Assembly (NCBI GenBank): GCA_017520675.1
Contig: JAFXFG010000006.1
Coordinates: forward strand, 1-53,352
From: Alphaproteobacteria bacterium
GTDB lineage: Bacteria > Pseudomonadota > Alphaproteobacteria > Rs-D84
Direction of reading: 5' to 3'
Length of the DNA: 53,352 nt
This document shows, piece after piece, positions 28,260 to 38,717 of this stretch (positions are counted from its first letter, which is position 1; each line of letters opens with the position of its first letter). The notes beneath the pieces are model-generated. The model saw only the letters and a program-made list of their open reading frames with translations, made no database searches and had not been told where the DNA came from. A program made the position numbers and the translations under genes.

Positions 28260-29174
28260 TTATTTATTTCCATCTGCTTCGCTAAGTATTGCATCGCGTA
28301 GTTTTTTATATGCGCGTTCTTCGATTTGTCTGACGCGTTCGCGTGAAATTCCATATTTTTGCGACAGTGATTCCAGTGTCGCAACGGGCTGTTTCAATTT
28401 GCGTGCGACCAAGATTTCCCTGTCGCGTTCGGACATTTTTGCCAGATTTTTTTTCAGCAATTCGTATCCGCGTTTTCTGAATTCGACCTGTTCCAGTGTT
28501 TCTTCGATTGTATCGCCACCATCTGTCATATTAGACAGAATATCTGATGCGCCGTCATCTGAATTCATTGGTGCGTTCAGTGATAAATCGCGCGCGCCAA
28601 CGCGTGTTGCCATACGTGCGACATCTTTCTCGGGTACTTCCAGATAATTTGCGATTTGCTTTGTTTGTTCATCGCTAAGATTATTATCCATAATCCCCAG
28701 TGCGCGTTTTGCGCGTGCCAGATTAAAGAAAACCTTTTTTTGATTTGCGGATGTTCCGATTCGAACGATTGACCAGTTGTTCAAGATTGTTTCATATATT
28801 TCTGCCTTAATCCAGAACATTGCGTATGTTGAAAATCTGAACCCTTTTTCTGGGTCAAATTTTTGCACCGCCTGCATTAGTCCCATATTTCCGCTGGCAA
28901 TCAAATCAGCAACTGGTATTCCGTAATTTTTATAGTCGTATGCAACCGACACAACCAGACGCAGATGACTGACCACCAGTTTTTCTGCGGCAAACTTATC
29001 CTGATTTTTTACCCATTGTGTTGCGTATTCATATTCCTGTTCTGCCGTCAGTACAGGTATTTTCTGAACGGTTTGTATATATTGTGCCAGTCCACTTTCA
29101 TCACTGACCCCGCGTGCAGCAACAATAGAAGTGTTTTTTAATACTGGTATTGTGTTCTTGATTTCCTTTTTCAT
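28260..29174 (-). CDS. rpoH: RNA polymerase sigma-32 factor
   Basis: SHLRLVV, KFDPEKGFRFSTYA, RpoH box QKKVFFNL, SRERVRQIE. Start MKKEIK at 29174. Confidence 0.9.
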   Translation of the reverse strand: MKKEIKNTIPVLKNTSIVAARGVSDESGLAQYIQTVQKIPVLTAEQEYEYATQWVKNQDKFAAEKLVVSHLRLVVSVAYDYKNYGIPVADLIASGNMGLMQAVQKFDPEKGFRFSTYAMFWIKAEIYETILNNWSIVRIGTSANQKKVFFNLARAKRALGIMDNNLSDEQTKQIANYLEVPEKDVARMATRVGARDLSLNAPMNSDDGASDILSNMTDGGDTIEETLEQVEFRKRGYELLKKNLAKMSERDREILVARKLKQPVATLESLSQKYGISRERVRQIEERAYKKLRDAILSEADGNK

Positions 29175-29228
29175 AACTTTTATAGTATAACATAATTTAA
29201 TAATTATCAAGCCACAGGAGAATTTATT

Positions 29229-29879
29229 ATGGCAACAATCTTAGAAAGAAATAAAAACATCAAAGCCCCCAAGAAAACATACGCAGAACATATGGAAGAT
29301 GCCCTTTATCGCGAGGTATGGGAGGATGTAAACAACGAAAAAACAATGCGCTTTATCAAGAAGTATTCGCGTCATATAATTTATGCGGTAATATTTGTTT
29401 TGTTGGTTGCGTCTGGTATTCAGATTGGTATGCGCACCTATCAGTCAAACAAGATTGCGACTGCGATTGCTTACGAAACAGCCTTGTCAAACATCGATGC
29501 AAATGCACTGGCTGCAATTTCAGAAAATACATCAGGTGCAACTGCGGACTTGGCGTTATTTCAATCTTATTTACTGGACAAGGACGAAAAGAAACTAGAA
29601 AAATTGGCGGAATCTGGCCACAGTCGTGATTATCGTGATTTGGCGCGTATTCATATTGTTGCGTTGCGTGGTGATACAATGTCTGCACCCCAGGTTGCAG
29701 AATATCTGTCAGATTTAACAACCGAAGATTCTCCGTATTATTACAATGCGATGTTGTTGATTGCACAAAAGTATTTGTCTGTTGGCGAACAAGATAACGC
29801 GAACAAATGGCTGGACCAGATTATCAATGACAAATCTGCACCGGCATCTATCGCAGGTGTTGCACAAACATTACGTTAA
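29229..29879 (+). CDS. YfgM-like (TPR_21) membrane-anchored protein
   Basis: LYREVWEDV...FIKKY followed by a TM; precedes a BamB-like gene. Confidence 0.7.
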   Translation: MATILERNKNIKAPKKTYAEHMEDALYREVWEDVNNEKTMRFIKKYSRHIIYAVIFVLLVASGIQIGMRTYQSNKIATAIAYETALSNIDANALAAISENTSGATADLALFQSYLLDKDEKKLEKLAESGHSRDYRDLARIHIVALRGDTMSAPQVAEYLSDLTTEDSPYYYNAMLLIAQKYLSVGEQDNANKWLDQIINDKSAPASIAGVAQTLR

Positions 29880-29896
29880 ATATCTTTGGGGGCACT

Positions 29897-30625
29897 ATGC
29901 GCAAGATTTATTTAGTAATATGCTGTATATTTTTGGTGTCTGCGTGTGATAAGCACGACCCGATTTTGACTGGTGTTCGAACCCCGATATTTGACAGTGG
30001 CAAGATTCGGGTTTTGAACCAGACTATAACAGATGTGCCGACAGGGGTGCATACATATGATAATTCTGCATGCAAATACACCCAAGATTCAAAAAACATA
30101 GTCTGGGACGGCACGCACAAGGTTTTTTCTGGTTTTGCAACGAATAATACAGTATCTGGCATTCGTACACCGATATGCAGTGGCAAATACTTATATGCGG
30201 GCCTATCAACGGGCGAAGTTGTAAAACTAAATCCAAAAAGTCGTTCTGTCTTGTGGATTGCAGACATATATCGTACCAGCAATTTAACCGGTGGTGCATC
30301 GATGGTTGATATTGTTGCGCCGATTGTGCCGTATGGTGATTCGGTTTATGTGGCTGGTCTGGGCGATGCTTTTTGTCGAATAAATGCGACCAGTGGTGCA
30401 AAGCACTGGTGTATTAATTTGTCTGTTGGTGTGCCGTTCATTCTGGCCGGTAATTATGCGTTTGTGGTATCTACAGATGGGAATTTGAATGCGGTTTCCG
30501 TGTCCAAGGGGCAGATTTATTGGCGTGCGCCCGTTTCTGCGCAGGTTGCACCGATTTATTCGGACGGTGTAATAACGGTTGGCAAAGAACGCATAAATGT
30601 TGCTGATGGTAAAAAAATAAAATAA
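29897..30625 (+). CDS. Short BamB-like PQQ beta-propeller lipoprotein
   Basis: Lipobox VSAC, L.G.R motif and PQQ repeats (G..HW, G.IYW). Only 242 aa. Confidence 0.7.
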   Translation: MRKIYLVICCIFLVSACDKHDPILTGVRTPIFDSGKIRVLNQTITDVPTGVHTYDNSACKYTQDSKNIVWDGTHKVFSGFATNNTVSGIRTPICSGKYLYAGLSTGEVVKLNPKSRSVLWIADIYRTSNLTGGASMVDIVAPIVPYGDSVYVAGLGDAFCRINATSGAKHWCINLSVGVPFILAGNYAFVVSTDGNLNAVSVSKGQIYWRAPVSAQVAPIYSDGVITVGKERINVADGKKIK

Positions 30626-30658
30626 AAAAAAGCGCCAATTTGGCGCTTTAAAAATTCG

Positions 30659-30735
30659 TGGTGGGTGTTGAGGGACTCAAACCCCCGACCCTCTCGGTGT
30701 AAACGAGATGCTCTAATCAACTGAGCTAAACACCC
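30659..30735 (-). tRNA. tRNA-Val (anticodon TAC)
   Basis: Reverse complement is GGGTGTTTAGCTCAGTTGATTAGAGCATCTCGTTTACACCGAGAGGGTCGGGGGTTTGAGTCCCTCAACACCCACCA. Confidence 0.93.
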
Positions 30736-30850
30736 GACAAAGCAAGCAAGATAATATAATATATTTTTTTACTTGTCTAGTATTTTTTTTGCGTTTTGTG
30801 TTTTTTTAGTTTAGAATACTTTTTGCAATAACATACAAAGGAGAAAACAT

Positions 30851-31489
30851 ATGAAAAAAATCGTTTCTGTACTTGTTTTAACTGCATTGGTATCGGGTTG
30901 TACAACTGTGAATCCTTACACAGGTCAAACCCAGACTGCAAAGTCCACATGGGGGACTGCGATTGGTGCCACAGCCGGCGCATTATTGGGCAGCACGAAA
31001 AGCAGCGAGGCCGCATTATTGGGTGGTTTGGCTGGCGCGGCCGTTGGTGGCGGTGTTGGTTATTATTTGGATGTTCAGGCGGCTGAGTTGCGTTCTGAAC
31101 TGGTATCGACAGGTGTACAGGTTATCGAATCCGATGATAATATTCGTTTGGTAATGCCTGGCAATATCACATTCAAGACAGATTCTGCGGATATAAATTC
31201 TTCTTTTTATCCTGTGCTAAATTCTGTGGCGCGCGTATTAAAGAAATACGATAATTCAACTGTATTGGTATCTGGTCATACAGACAGCACAGGTTCTGCG
31301 GATTATAATCTAAATCTATCGCGCAATCGTGCTCAGTCTGTTGCGTCTTATTTGCAAGGGCAGGGGATTAAGGCATCACGATTTGAAGTTTTGGGATTGG
31401 GAACATCGAATCCAATTGCATCAAACGAAACTGCGTCTGGACGCGAACAAAATCGTCGTGTAGAGATAAAGATTATTCCAAATAAATAA
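30851..31489 (+). CDS. OmpA-family lipoprotein (YiaD-like)
   Basis: Lipobox VSGC, glycine zipper, GHTDSTG, NRRVEI. Confidence 0.92.
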   Translation: MKKIVSVLVLTALVSGCTTVNPYTGQTQTAKSTWGTAIGATAGALLGSTKSSEAALLGGLAGAAVGGGVGYYLDVQAAELRSELVSTGVQVIESDDNIRLVMPGNITFKTDSADINSSFYPVLNSVARVLKKYDNSTVLVSGHTDSTGSADYNLNLSRNRAQSVASYLQGQGIKASRFEVLGLGTSNPIASNETASGREQNRRVEIKIIPNK

Positions 31490-31573
31490 TAAAAAATCGC
31501 CCATTTGGGCGATTTTTTATTGCAAGTTTAGTATTCTTTTTGTATCTTCAACAGGTGCACAAAAGGAAATAAT

Positions 31574-31768
31574 ATGGAAGAAAATAAATTGACATTTGAA
31601 GAAGCCTACAAGCAATTAATGGAACTGGTAAAAAAGATGGAATCTGGCGAATTGCCATTGGCTGATTCTGTCGCCGCGTACGAGCAGGGAATTAAACTAA
31701 AAGCATATTGCGAACAGTTGCTAAAAGAAGCAGAATTAAAAATAGAAACATTGAAAATAAACGCATAA
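31574..31768 (+). CDS. xseB: Exodeoxyribonuclease VII small subunit
   Basis: FEEA..L..LV..MESGELPL.DS...YEQG..L...C...L..AELKI. Confidence 0.92.
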   Translation: MEENKLTFEEAYKQLMELVKKMESGELPLADSVAAYEQGIKLKAYCEQLLKEAELKIETLKINA

Positions 31769-31801
31769 TTATCACCTGTTAATTTATATTTAGGATTTAT
31801 C

Positions 31802-34333
31802 GTGGCAGAAAAAACAAAACTAACACCTGTTATGCAACAGTATGTTGATATGAAGGCTGAAAACCCAGATGCATTATTAATGTTTCGTCTGGGGGATTTT
31901 TACGAATCGTTTTTTGAAGATGCCAAGACCATAAGTTCTGCATTGGGGTTGGTCTTGACCGCACGCGGAACAGATGGAAATGGTGCGGACATACCAATGT
32001 GTGGTATTCCATGGCATGCATCCGATAATTATTTTGGTCGTCTTGTTCGTGCTGGATACAAGGTCGCATTGGTTGAACAGATGGAAACCCCCGCCCAGGC
32101 CAAGGAACGTGGACATAAATTTATAGACCGTCAGGTTGTGCGTGTTTTGACACCTGGGACATTAACGGATGATAATTTGCTGACCCCAAAGAAGTCAAAT
32201 TTTTTGGTTGCGATATCGCCACTTGGCGGTGGCAATTTTGATGTTGCAGGTTGTGATATATCGACTGGTGAATTTTTTGTTGGTCAAACATCTGATGCGA
32301 TTGATGATTTGACTCGCGTCAATCCGGCTGAGGTTATATTTCCATTTGGCAATGCCGAAGAAAAAACGATTATGAAACTGCGTGAATTATTCAAGGCGAC
32401 CCCGGTATATGAAAAACTGTATCATCGCGCTGATATTGATATGGTTGTGTCGCGTGTCTTTGGTGGCGCGGTTGACAGCAGTACTGTATCGCGTAATTCG
32501 GACAGTGCGATATGTCTGTTGGCGGGGTATTTATTTAATACCCAGCGTGGCAGTTCGATAATATTTCGCGCGCCATACACATTTAAGTCTGGTCGTCAGT
32601 TGTTAATAGATTCTGCCACTTGGAAAAGTCTTGAAATAGACAGTTCCATCAATGATGGTGGTGCGTGCCTGATTGATGTCCTGGACGAAACAATAACATC
32701 GGCTGGTGCGCGAAAGTTGCGTGCATATTTGCGCAACTTGTCGTCAGATTTATCAGAAATCACATTGCGTCAAAGTCATATATCACACTTTTCATTAAAT
32801 CCAGATGTTCTGGCGCTGATGCGTGATGTTTTGTCGTCTATTCCTGATGTTGGTCGTTCTTTATCGCGTTTATTATCTGGTCGTGGCGCGCCGCGTGATA
32901 TGCGCAATGTTTCAGATTTTATTGCTGCATTACCGCGTGCGCAATTATTGTCATCACGCCTAGATTCTGATTTATCTGCGCGCTTTGCGGGAATTGATAC
33001 ACACAGCGCATTCGGCGTAAAGTTGCGTAATGCATTGTCTGATGATTTGCCGACATTTTTTCGCGATGGTAATGTGATACGCGATGGTTTTGATGTTGCG
33101 CTGGATAATATGCGCGGGCTGTCCAGTGGTGGTCGCGAAACGATTGCAGGCTTGCAGGCTGAATACATTGCGCAAACTGGTATAAATACACTAAAGATAA
33201 AATACAATAATATTCTTGGTTATTTTATAGAGGTTCCCTCATCGCGTGCAGAAACGATGATGCAACCGGAATCTGGGTTTATACACCGTCAAACGATGGC
33301 TGGCAATATGCGCTTTACAACATCGCGCCTGATTGATTTAGACAATGATGTTCGCAGTGCTGCGGAAAAATCCGCCGCGATAGAGGCGCAAATAATATCT
33401 GATTTTATCGAAGAAATTCGCGCAATATCAGACGATTTGTTGTCCAGTGCAGATTTATTAGCAGACGCAGATGTCTGGGCATCATTGTCGATTGTTGCAG
33501 ACCGTTATAATTGGGTATGTCCAACAATTACTGACGATTGTGCGTTTGACATTGTTGGTGGTCGTCATCCTGTGATTGAATATGTTCTGCGTTCGCGCGG
33601 GGATAATTTCATCAAAAACGATTGTAATCTAAATGAATCTGCGATTGCGTTATTAACAGGGCCAAATATGGCGGGTAAGTCAACATATCTGCGTCAAAAT
33701 GCAATAATCATAGTACTTGCGCATTTGGGATCGTTTGTACCTGCAACATCAGCGCGTATTGGTATTTGCGACCAGTTGTTTAGTCGTGTTGGTGCGTCTG
33801 ATAATTTGGCGGCAGGTCAATCGACTTTTATGGTTGAAATGGCAGAAACCGCAAATATTTTAAATCGTGCAACCAATCGGTCCTTTATAATCTTTGACGA
33901 GATTGGTCGTGGCACAGCGACTTATGATGGTATGGCGATTGCACAGGCGGTATTAGAATACCTGAATCAATTACAGCCACGCACATTGTTTGCAACGCAT
34001 TATCACGAATTGACATCATTGGTTACAAGTGGCGAATTAAATCATGTGCATTGTCTGACCATCGATGTGCGCGAGCATAATGATGAGATTATCTTTATGC
34101 ATAGAATTATTTCTGGTGTTGCCAATCGTTCATATGGGATTCATGTTGCGCGTATGGCGGGTATGCCAGCATCGGTTGTTGCGCGTGCAGAATGTGTATT
34201 AAATGCCTTGGAATCGCATCAATTACCAACCCCTGCACCTGATTGCGCACCAAAACCAACACCACAAGCATCCAAAGTAAATAAAAATTGCGTATCTGAT
34301 GAAAATCCAAAACCGCAATTAAGTTTATTTTAA
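31802..34333 (+). CDS. mutS: DNA mismatch repair protein MutS
   Basis: TPVMQQY, GDFYE, GPNMAGKST, DEIGRGT and a C-terminal clamp-binding QLSLF. Confidence 0.96.
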   Translation: MAEKTKLTPVMQQYVDMKAENPDALLMFRLGDFYESFFEDAKTISSALGLVLTARGTDGNGADIPMCGIPWHASDNYFGRLVRAGYKVALVEQMETPAQAKERGHKFIDRQVVRVLTPGTLTDDNLLTPKKSNFLVAISPLGGGNFDVAGCDISTGEFFVGQTSDAIDDLTRVNPAEVIFPFGNAEEKTIMKLRELFKATPVYEKLYHRADIDMVVSRVFGGAVDSSTVSRNSDSAICLLAGYLFNTQRGSSIIFRAPYTFKSGRQLLIDSATWKSLEIDSSINDGGACLIDVLDETITSAGARKLRAYLRNLSSDLSEITLRQSHISHFSLNPDVLALMRDVLSSIPDVGRSLSRLLSGRGAPRDMRNVSDFIAALPRAQLLSSRLDSDLSARFAGIDTHSAFGVKLRNALSDDLPTFFRDGNVIRDGFDVALDNMRGLSSGGRETIAGLQAEYIAQTGINTLKIKYNNILGYFIEVPSSRAETMMQPESGFIHRQTMAGNMRFTTSRLIDLDNDVRSAAEKSAAIEAQIISDFIEEIRAISDDLLSSADLLADADVWASLSIVADRYNWVCPTITDDCAFDIVGGRHPVIEYVLRSRGDNFIKNDCNLNESAIALLTGPNMAGKSTYLRQNAIIIVLAHLGSFVPATSARIGICDQLFSRVGASDNLAAGQSTFMVEMAETANILNRATNRSFIIFDEIGRGTATYDGMAIAQAVLEYLNQLQPRTLFATHYHELTSLVTSGELNHVHCLTIDVREHNDEIIFMHRIISGVANRSYGIHVARMAGMPASVVARAECVLNALESHQLPTPAPDCAPKPTPQASKVNKNCVSDENPKPQLSLF

Positions 34334-34353
34334 AAAAGGATTAAGGGATAAAA

Positions 34354-34797
34354 ATGGAATTAAAAACAGTTATTTATATCGATATAAATACGCAAACAAA
34401 ATTCACTATATCAGATGAAAAGACACTGCATCAGACTTTATCTGGTCTTTGGTCTCAGATATATAAATTAAAGCATTCACATCCGATTTTTTGTTTAGAA
34501 CATCGGTTAGTTGGTACGATTGATGGTTGTCGTGTGCAATCTGTTCCAGAGACAGGAAAGAAGTTACCAATTTATGTTGCGGATAACTGCGAAACAAAAG
34601 ATGGAAAAGTTTTTGTATCAAATGGTATTGATGGCAGAAAGGACATACATATTTCAAATGGCTATACGGTTATAAATACTGCTGGCAAGCAGTTGTATCC
34701 ACCGCTTGAAAAGAATCAAGAAACTGCTTTGGATAAATTTATTCGCGAAGCATATAACACAAAGTACACGATTACTAAACAACAGAATACAAAATAA
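34354..34797 (+). CDS. Hypothetical protein (147 aa)
   Basis: AAGGGA RBS. Orphan between mutS and truB; ends QNTK*. Confidence 0.7.
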   Translation: MELKTVIYIDINTQTKFTISDEKTLHQTLSGLWSQIYKLKHSHPIFCLEHRLVGTIDGCRVQSVPETGKKLPIYVADNCETKDGKVFVSNGIDGRKDIHISNGYTVINTAGKQLYPPLEKNQETALDKFIREAYNTKYTITKQQNTK

Positions 34798-35669
34798 TGA
34801 AATCAGGTTGGATAATTTTAGACAAAGATTCTGGGGTGTTTTCACGCACCGCGGGTGGTCGTGTGGCGCGAATGCTGGGGACAAAAAAATTCGGTCATAT
34901 TGGCACACTTGACCCAATGGCGTCTGGTGTTTTGCCGATTGCAATTGGCGATGCGACCAAGATGATACCCTTTGTCGAAGAAGTAAATACATCTGTCAAA
35001 GAATATTTATTTTCGCTACAATTTGGGTTTGAAACAGATACGCTTGATATAACAGGTACTGAAACGGCGCGTGATAATTTTGTACCGCGCGAATCAGATG
35101 TTGTATCTGTGCTGCCAAAATTGACGGGTCTTATTCAGCAAATACCACCGCAATATTCTGCGGTGCATGTTAATGGTGCGCGCGCATATGAAATGGCGCG
35201 TCGTGGCACAATGGTTGATATTCAGCCCCGCGCAATAGAGATTTTTGAACTAGAATTTCTGGGGATTCATAACAACAGCTGGCATTTTAGAACGCGTTGC
35301 AGTCGTGGTACATATGTTCGTTCGATTGCACGTGATATTGCGAAAATGTGTGGTGCATACGCGACTGTTGATATGATACGACGCACTCTAACGAACGGAT
35401 TTTCTATATCAAATGCTGTAAAACTTGATTTTTTGGAAAATATATTTAATAATACTGGTGCTTTTGGTGAAAACCTTAGGCCGGTTGATTATGGACTGGG
35501 GGACATTCCGGTTCTTAATCTGTCTGAAAAAGCGACTGCATTTTATAAATCTGGTGGCTTTATTGAAACTGACGCAGGCGATGGTTTGGTTCGCGTATAT
35601 TGCGGTGGGGTATTCATTGGCATTGGTACGGTATCGAATTGTATTTTGCGTCCAAAACGAACAATATAG
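34797..35669 (+). CDS. truB: tRNA pseudouridine(55) synthase
   Basis: GHIGTLDPMASGVL, QIPPQYSA, CSRGTYVRS. Confidence 0.95.
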   Translation: MKSGWIILDKDSGVFSRTAGGRVARMLGTKKFGHIGTLDPMASGVLPIAIGDATKMIPFVEEVNTSVKEYLFSLQFGFETDTLDITGTETARDNFVPRESDVVSVLPKLTGLIQQIPPQYSAVHVNGARAYEMARRGTMVDIQPRAIEIFELEFLGIHNNSWHFRTRCSRGTYVRSIARDIAKMCGAYATVDMIRRTLTNGFSISNAVKLDFLENIFNNTGAFGENLRPVDYGLGDIPVLNLSEKATAFYKSGGFIETDAGDGLVRVYCGGVFIGIGTVSNCILRPKRTI

Positions 35670-35690
35670 AAATAAACAAAGGAAAAAACA

Positions 35691-35963
35691 ATGTCCGTAA
35701 CAAAAGAAAAAAAGTCTGAATTGATTCAGCAATATCGTGTGTCTGAACAGGATAATGGTGGTTCTGTAGAATCTCAGGTTGCTGTTTTGACAGAACGCAT
35801 TCGCAATTTGACAGAACATATGAAGGCTAATCACAAAGACAATCATTCAAAACGTGGTTTGTTGTTGATGGTTAACCGTCGCAAGAAATTATTGGCTTAC
35901 ATCAAGAAACGTAATCCAGAAGATTACGACACATTGATTAAGAAACTTGGTTTGCGTAAATAA
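35691..35963 (+). CDS. rpsO: 30S ribosomal protein S15
   Basis: GSVESQVAVLT, HKDNHSKRGLL, LIKKLGLRK. Confidence 0.97.
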   Translation: MSVTKEKKSELIQQYRVSEQDNGGSVESQVAVLTERIRNLTEHMKANHKDNHSKRGLLLMVNRRKKLLAYIKKRNPEDYDTLIKKLGLRK

Positions 35964-35988
35964 AAAAATCCCCGTTTGGGGATTTTTT
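35962..35988. terminator. Bidirectional intrinsic terminator
   Basis: AAAAAATCCCC-GTTT-GGGGATTTTTT. Similar hairpins occur near 19461, 31491 and 47641. Confidence 0.85.
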
Positions 35989-36832
35989 ATTTGATTACGC
36001 CTGGCATATATCCCGCTATTACGCGTATAGAAATAGGATGTGTTCCAGAAACAGGTTCTATAAAGCAGTGTACTGTTTCAGATGTTTCTGTGCCTTCACA
36101 TTCAACATCATCTAATAAAATATAATCAGAACCAATTTCATCAACGACTTCATCACGTGCATCATCCAGTCTGCGTTGCAAATCAGGAGAGTACGTATAG
36201 ATTACATTCAATGCTGTTCCGTCTAAATTTTGGATAAACAGATTTCTTGCTACTAGTGCGTCCTGCAGATATTTATAAGATTGGCTTTTTAATGTTTGAC
36301 ATTCCGATGCATTATCATCATATTCTGGTTTTGTTGCTAGTGTTTGCACCGCTATATTATATTCGTCCAATGCCTTTTGATATTGCTCATATGCAAAAGT
36401 TTTTCTAGAAATATATTCCAATGCTGGTTCACCAGTTCTTCCAGAGATTAGTTCTTGTTTAACAATATCTGAACATTTTCGAGAAGTCTGTTCTACTCGT
36501 TTATTATGTTTTCTGATAACTTCATTGGTTATTGTCTTGCAATCATCCTCGGTTATTGTCTTGTAATCATCGAGTGAAGCGATCTCACGACATTTATCAG
36601 AAAAATCTTGTAATCTAATTAGCGTACCCGAGGCTATATTCGATTCAAATTTCAACAAGATGCGTTCTAATAAATCGCCATATATATTGCTATTAGTGGA
36701 ATACAAGGCTTCATAAAAAGCACTCCACAAAATAGACGGACTCTCGTCTGCTGCCTGTGCTGATGGGATTTTTATCAACGAAGCGAGCATACATGAAATA
36801 GTAAAAATTTTAAGTAAATTGTTTTTAATCAT
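35987..36832 (-). CDS. Secreted hypothetical protein
   Basis: Signal peptide MIKNN...AQA. Its ATG overlaps the TGA of the upstream gene. Confidence 0.7.
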   Translation of the reverse strand: MIKNNLLKIFTISCMLASLIKIPSAQAADESPSILWSAFYEALYSTNSNIYGDLLERILLKFESNIASGTLIRLQDFSDKCREIASLDDYKTITEDDCKTITNEVIRKHNKRVEQTSRKCSDIVKQELISGRTGEPALEYISRKTFAYEQYQKALDEYNIAVQTLATKPEYDDNASECQTLKSQSYKYLQDALVARNLFIQNLDGTALNVIYTYSPDLQRRLDDARDEVVDEIGSDYILLDDVECEGTETSETVHCFIEPVSGTHPISIRVIAGYMPGVIK

Positions 36833-37734
36833 TGTAGTGCCTCCATACAATTGTCTGCAACTGTTGCCACGCGTTTGATTGCGCTGATTTGTGTTGCATT
36901 AAAGACGGTTGCAACTGCGCTGGCTGCGGTTGTTCCGCCTGCCAAGACATTTGCCATCGTATTCTTTTTGTTATCTAATTCAATGCCTTTATTCGCTTGC
37001 GCACTTGTGATTGTGCCCGCCAACCCCAGCCCCGCACCCAGTCCGCTGGAAATCATTACGCCTGTTGAACGTTTATTAATTGGGCTTACATCAATTGTAT
37101 CGTACTCGCTGCACGCAGAAACAATTTTCTCTGCACGTGCCAAATCAGCATCTGTTGCACTGCCGTCAATTCTTGCCTGCATACGCGCCACAGATAATAC
37201 CTTGACAGAAGCCGTACATCTATCAATTTTTGATTTTAAATCATTATCGACTTTATTATTTTTGGCGATAACGACACCTGCGATATTTGCAGCGGTGCTG
37301 GTGGCCAGACCACCAGTTCTAATATTCCCCAGTGTTTTAGATTTCTTCAAGGCTTCATCGTCTGCGTTTGAATTTGTTTTGTTTTCGTTCGATGGCGCAT
37401 TTGCAAATGCCGCCGCCACTTCCTCATAAGTTATTGGTCTTGAATCACTGGATTCATTAACTGCCAACTTGAGTAATTTAGCTTTCAATTCTGCATCAAT
37501 TTTACTTTTTGCGATACCTGCCCCCAGTGCAACCCCAGCGGCACCTGTTCCAATTGCTGTTACGGCAGTATTAATTCCTGCCATTTTTTTCAAATCACTA
37601 ATTTCATCTGCGATTCCGATACAGGCATTACGCACATTGTTAATCACAGAGTTTAAATCTGCCACGCCTATGTTGTCAGCAGCATGTGCAGAAAATATGG
37701 CCAGCATCGCCCCCAAGAAACCAATATATCGCAT
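36829..37734 (-). CDS. Secreted protein with Gly/Ala-rich hydrophobic helices (paralog of 43610-44548)
   Basis: AGGAGG RBS, signal peptide, DLKKMAGINTA and ATVFNATQISAIK. Confidence 0.75.
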   Translation of the reverse strand: MRYIGFLGAMLAIFSAHAADNIGVADLNSVINNVRNACIGIADEISDLKKMAGINTAVTAIGTGAAGVALGAGIAKSKIDAELKAKLLKLAVNESSDSRPITYEEVAAAFANAPSNENKTNSNADDEALKKSKTLGNIRTGGLATSTAANIAGVVIAKNNKVDNDLKSKIDRCTASVKVLSVARMQARIDGSATDADLARAEKIVSACSEYDTIDVSPINKRSTGVMISSGLGAGLGLAGTITSAQANKGIELDNKKNTMANVLAGGTTAASAVATVFNATQISAIKRVATVADNCMEALQ

Positions 37735-37794
37735 GAAAAAACCTCCTAAGATACAGGTAGATTATATCATATTTTTTACTGTGAAGCAAAATAT

Positions 37795-38673
37795 TTAATC
37801 TTCGCCAAAGTCCATATCTCGCAATTTTTCTGCGCGTGGCGCGATTTTTGCGATTGATGTTTGCAGTTGTTCAATATCGTTTTGTGCCTGTCCAAAGTGT
37901 CGCGCGACATTTCCTGCGCGGTCAGACAGTCTGGCCAAATCAGTCAACAGATAATCCAGTTCTTTTTTTATCTGTGTTGCGACGCGTTTAATTTTTATAT
38001 CAGACAGCACTGCGCGAATCGTATTTAGTGTTGCCCACAGTGTTGCAGGCGAAACGATAAAGACTTTTTGTTTTGCAGCATATTCAATTGTGTTTGGAAA
38101 TTCGCGGTGCAGTGTTTCAAAGATAGATTCAGATGCAATAAACATCATTGCTGATTCTGCGGTCTGACCTGTGATTATATATTTTTCACCAATTGCATCG
38201 ATGTGTTTTCGCACATCCAGTTCGAATTGTTTTCGTGCCATAGCATCGTTTTGGTCAGTTATCATTTTGTTATAACTTTCCAGCGGAAATTTACTGTCTA
38301 TTATCATATCGCCTGGTGGGTATGGCAACCTGATGATACAGTCTGGTCGTACACCTGTATCCATTACATGCTGAAAGGCATATGTTTCTGGTGGCATAAT
38401 ATCCATAACAATATCTTCCAGTTGTCTTTCGCCAAAAGTACCGCGTGCCTGTTTATTTCCCATTAAAATATTTTTAAAGTTTGCAATATCACTGCTGATA
38501 TTTTTAAGTTCGATTGCATTCTGGCTAAGTGCCCCCAGTCGTTCTGCCAATCTTTCACGCAGTCTGGCATTGTCTTCACGCAGTGGCGAAATGTCCAGTG
38601 TTGGCTTTCGCATCAGCAATGCAAGCAATAAAACAATAATTATTCCTAACAATACAAAAATATAAGTTGTCAT
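37795..38673 (-). CDS. rmuC: DNA recombination protein RmuC
   Basis: RGTFGE.QL, RPDC.I.LP, IDSKFPL, KHI..I.EKYI, VSPATL. Confidence 0.92.
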   Translation of the reverse strand: MTTYIFVLLGIIIVLLLALLMRKPTLDISPLREDNARLRERLAERLGALSQNAIELKNISSDIANFKNILMGNKQARGTFGERQLEDIVMDIMPPETYAFQHVMDTGVRPDCIIRLPYPPGDMIIDSKFPLESYNKMITDQNDAMARKQFELDVRKHIDAIGEKYIITGQTAESAMMFIASESIFETLHREFPNTIEYAAKQKVFIVSPATLWATLNTIRAVLSDIKIKRVATQIKKELDYLLTDLARLSDRAGNVARHFGQAQNDIEQLQTSIAKIAPRAEKLRDMDFGED

Positions 38674-38717
38674 TTCCTAATCCTTTGCTATTATTGCAAT
38701 TATAAAAGGTTTTAAAT

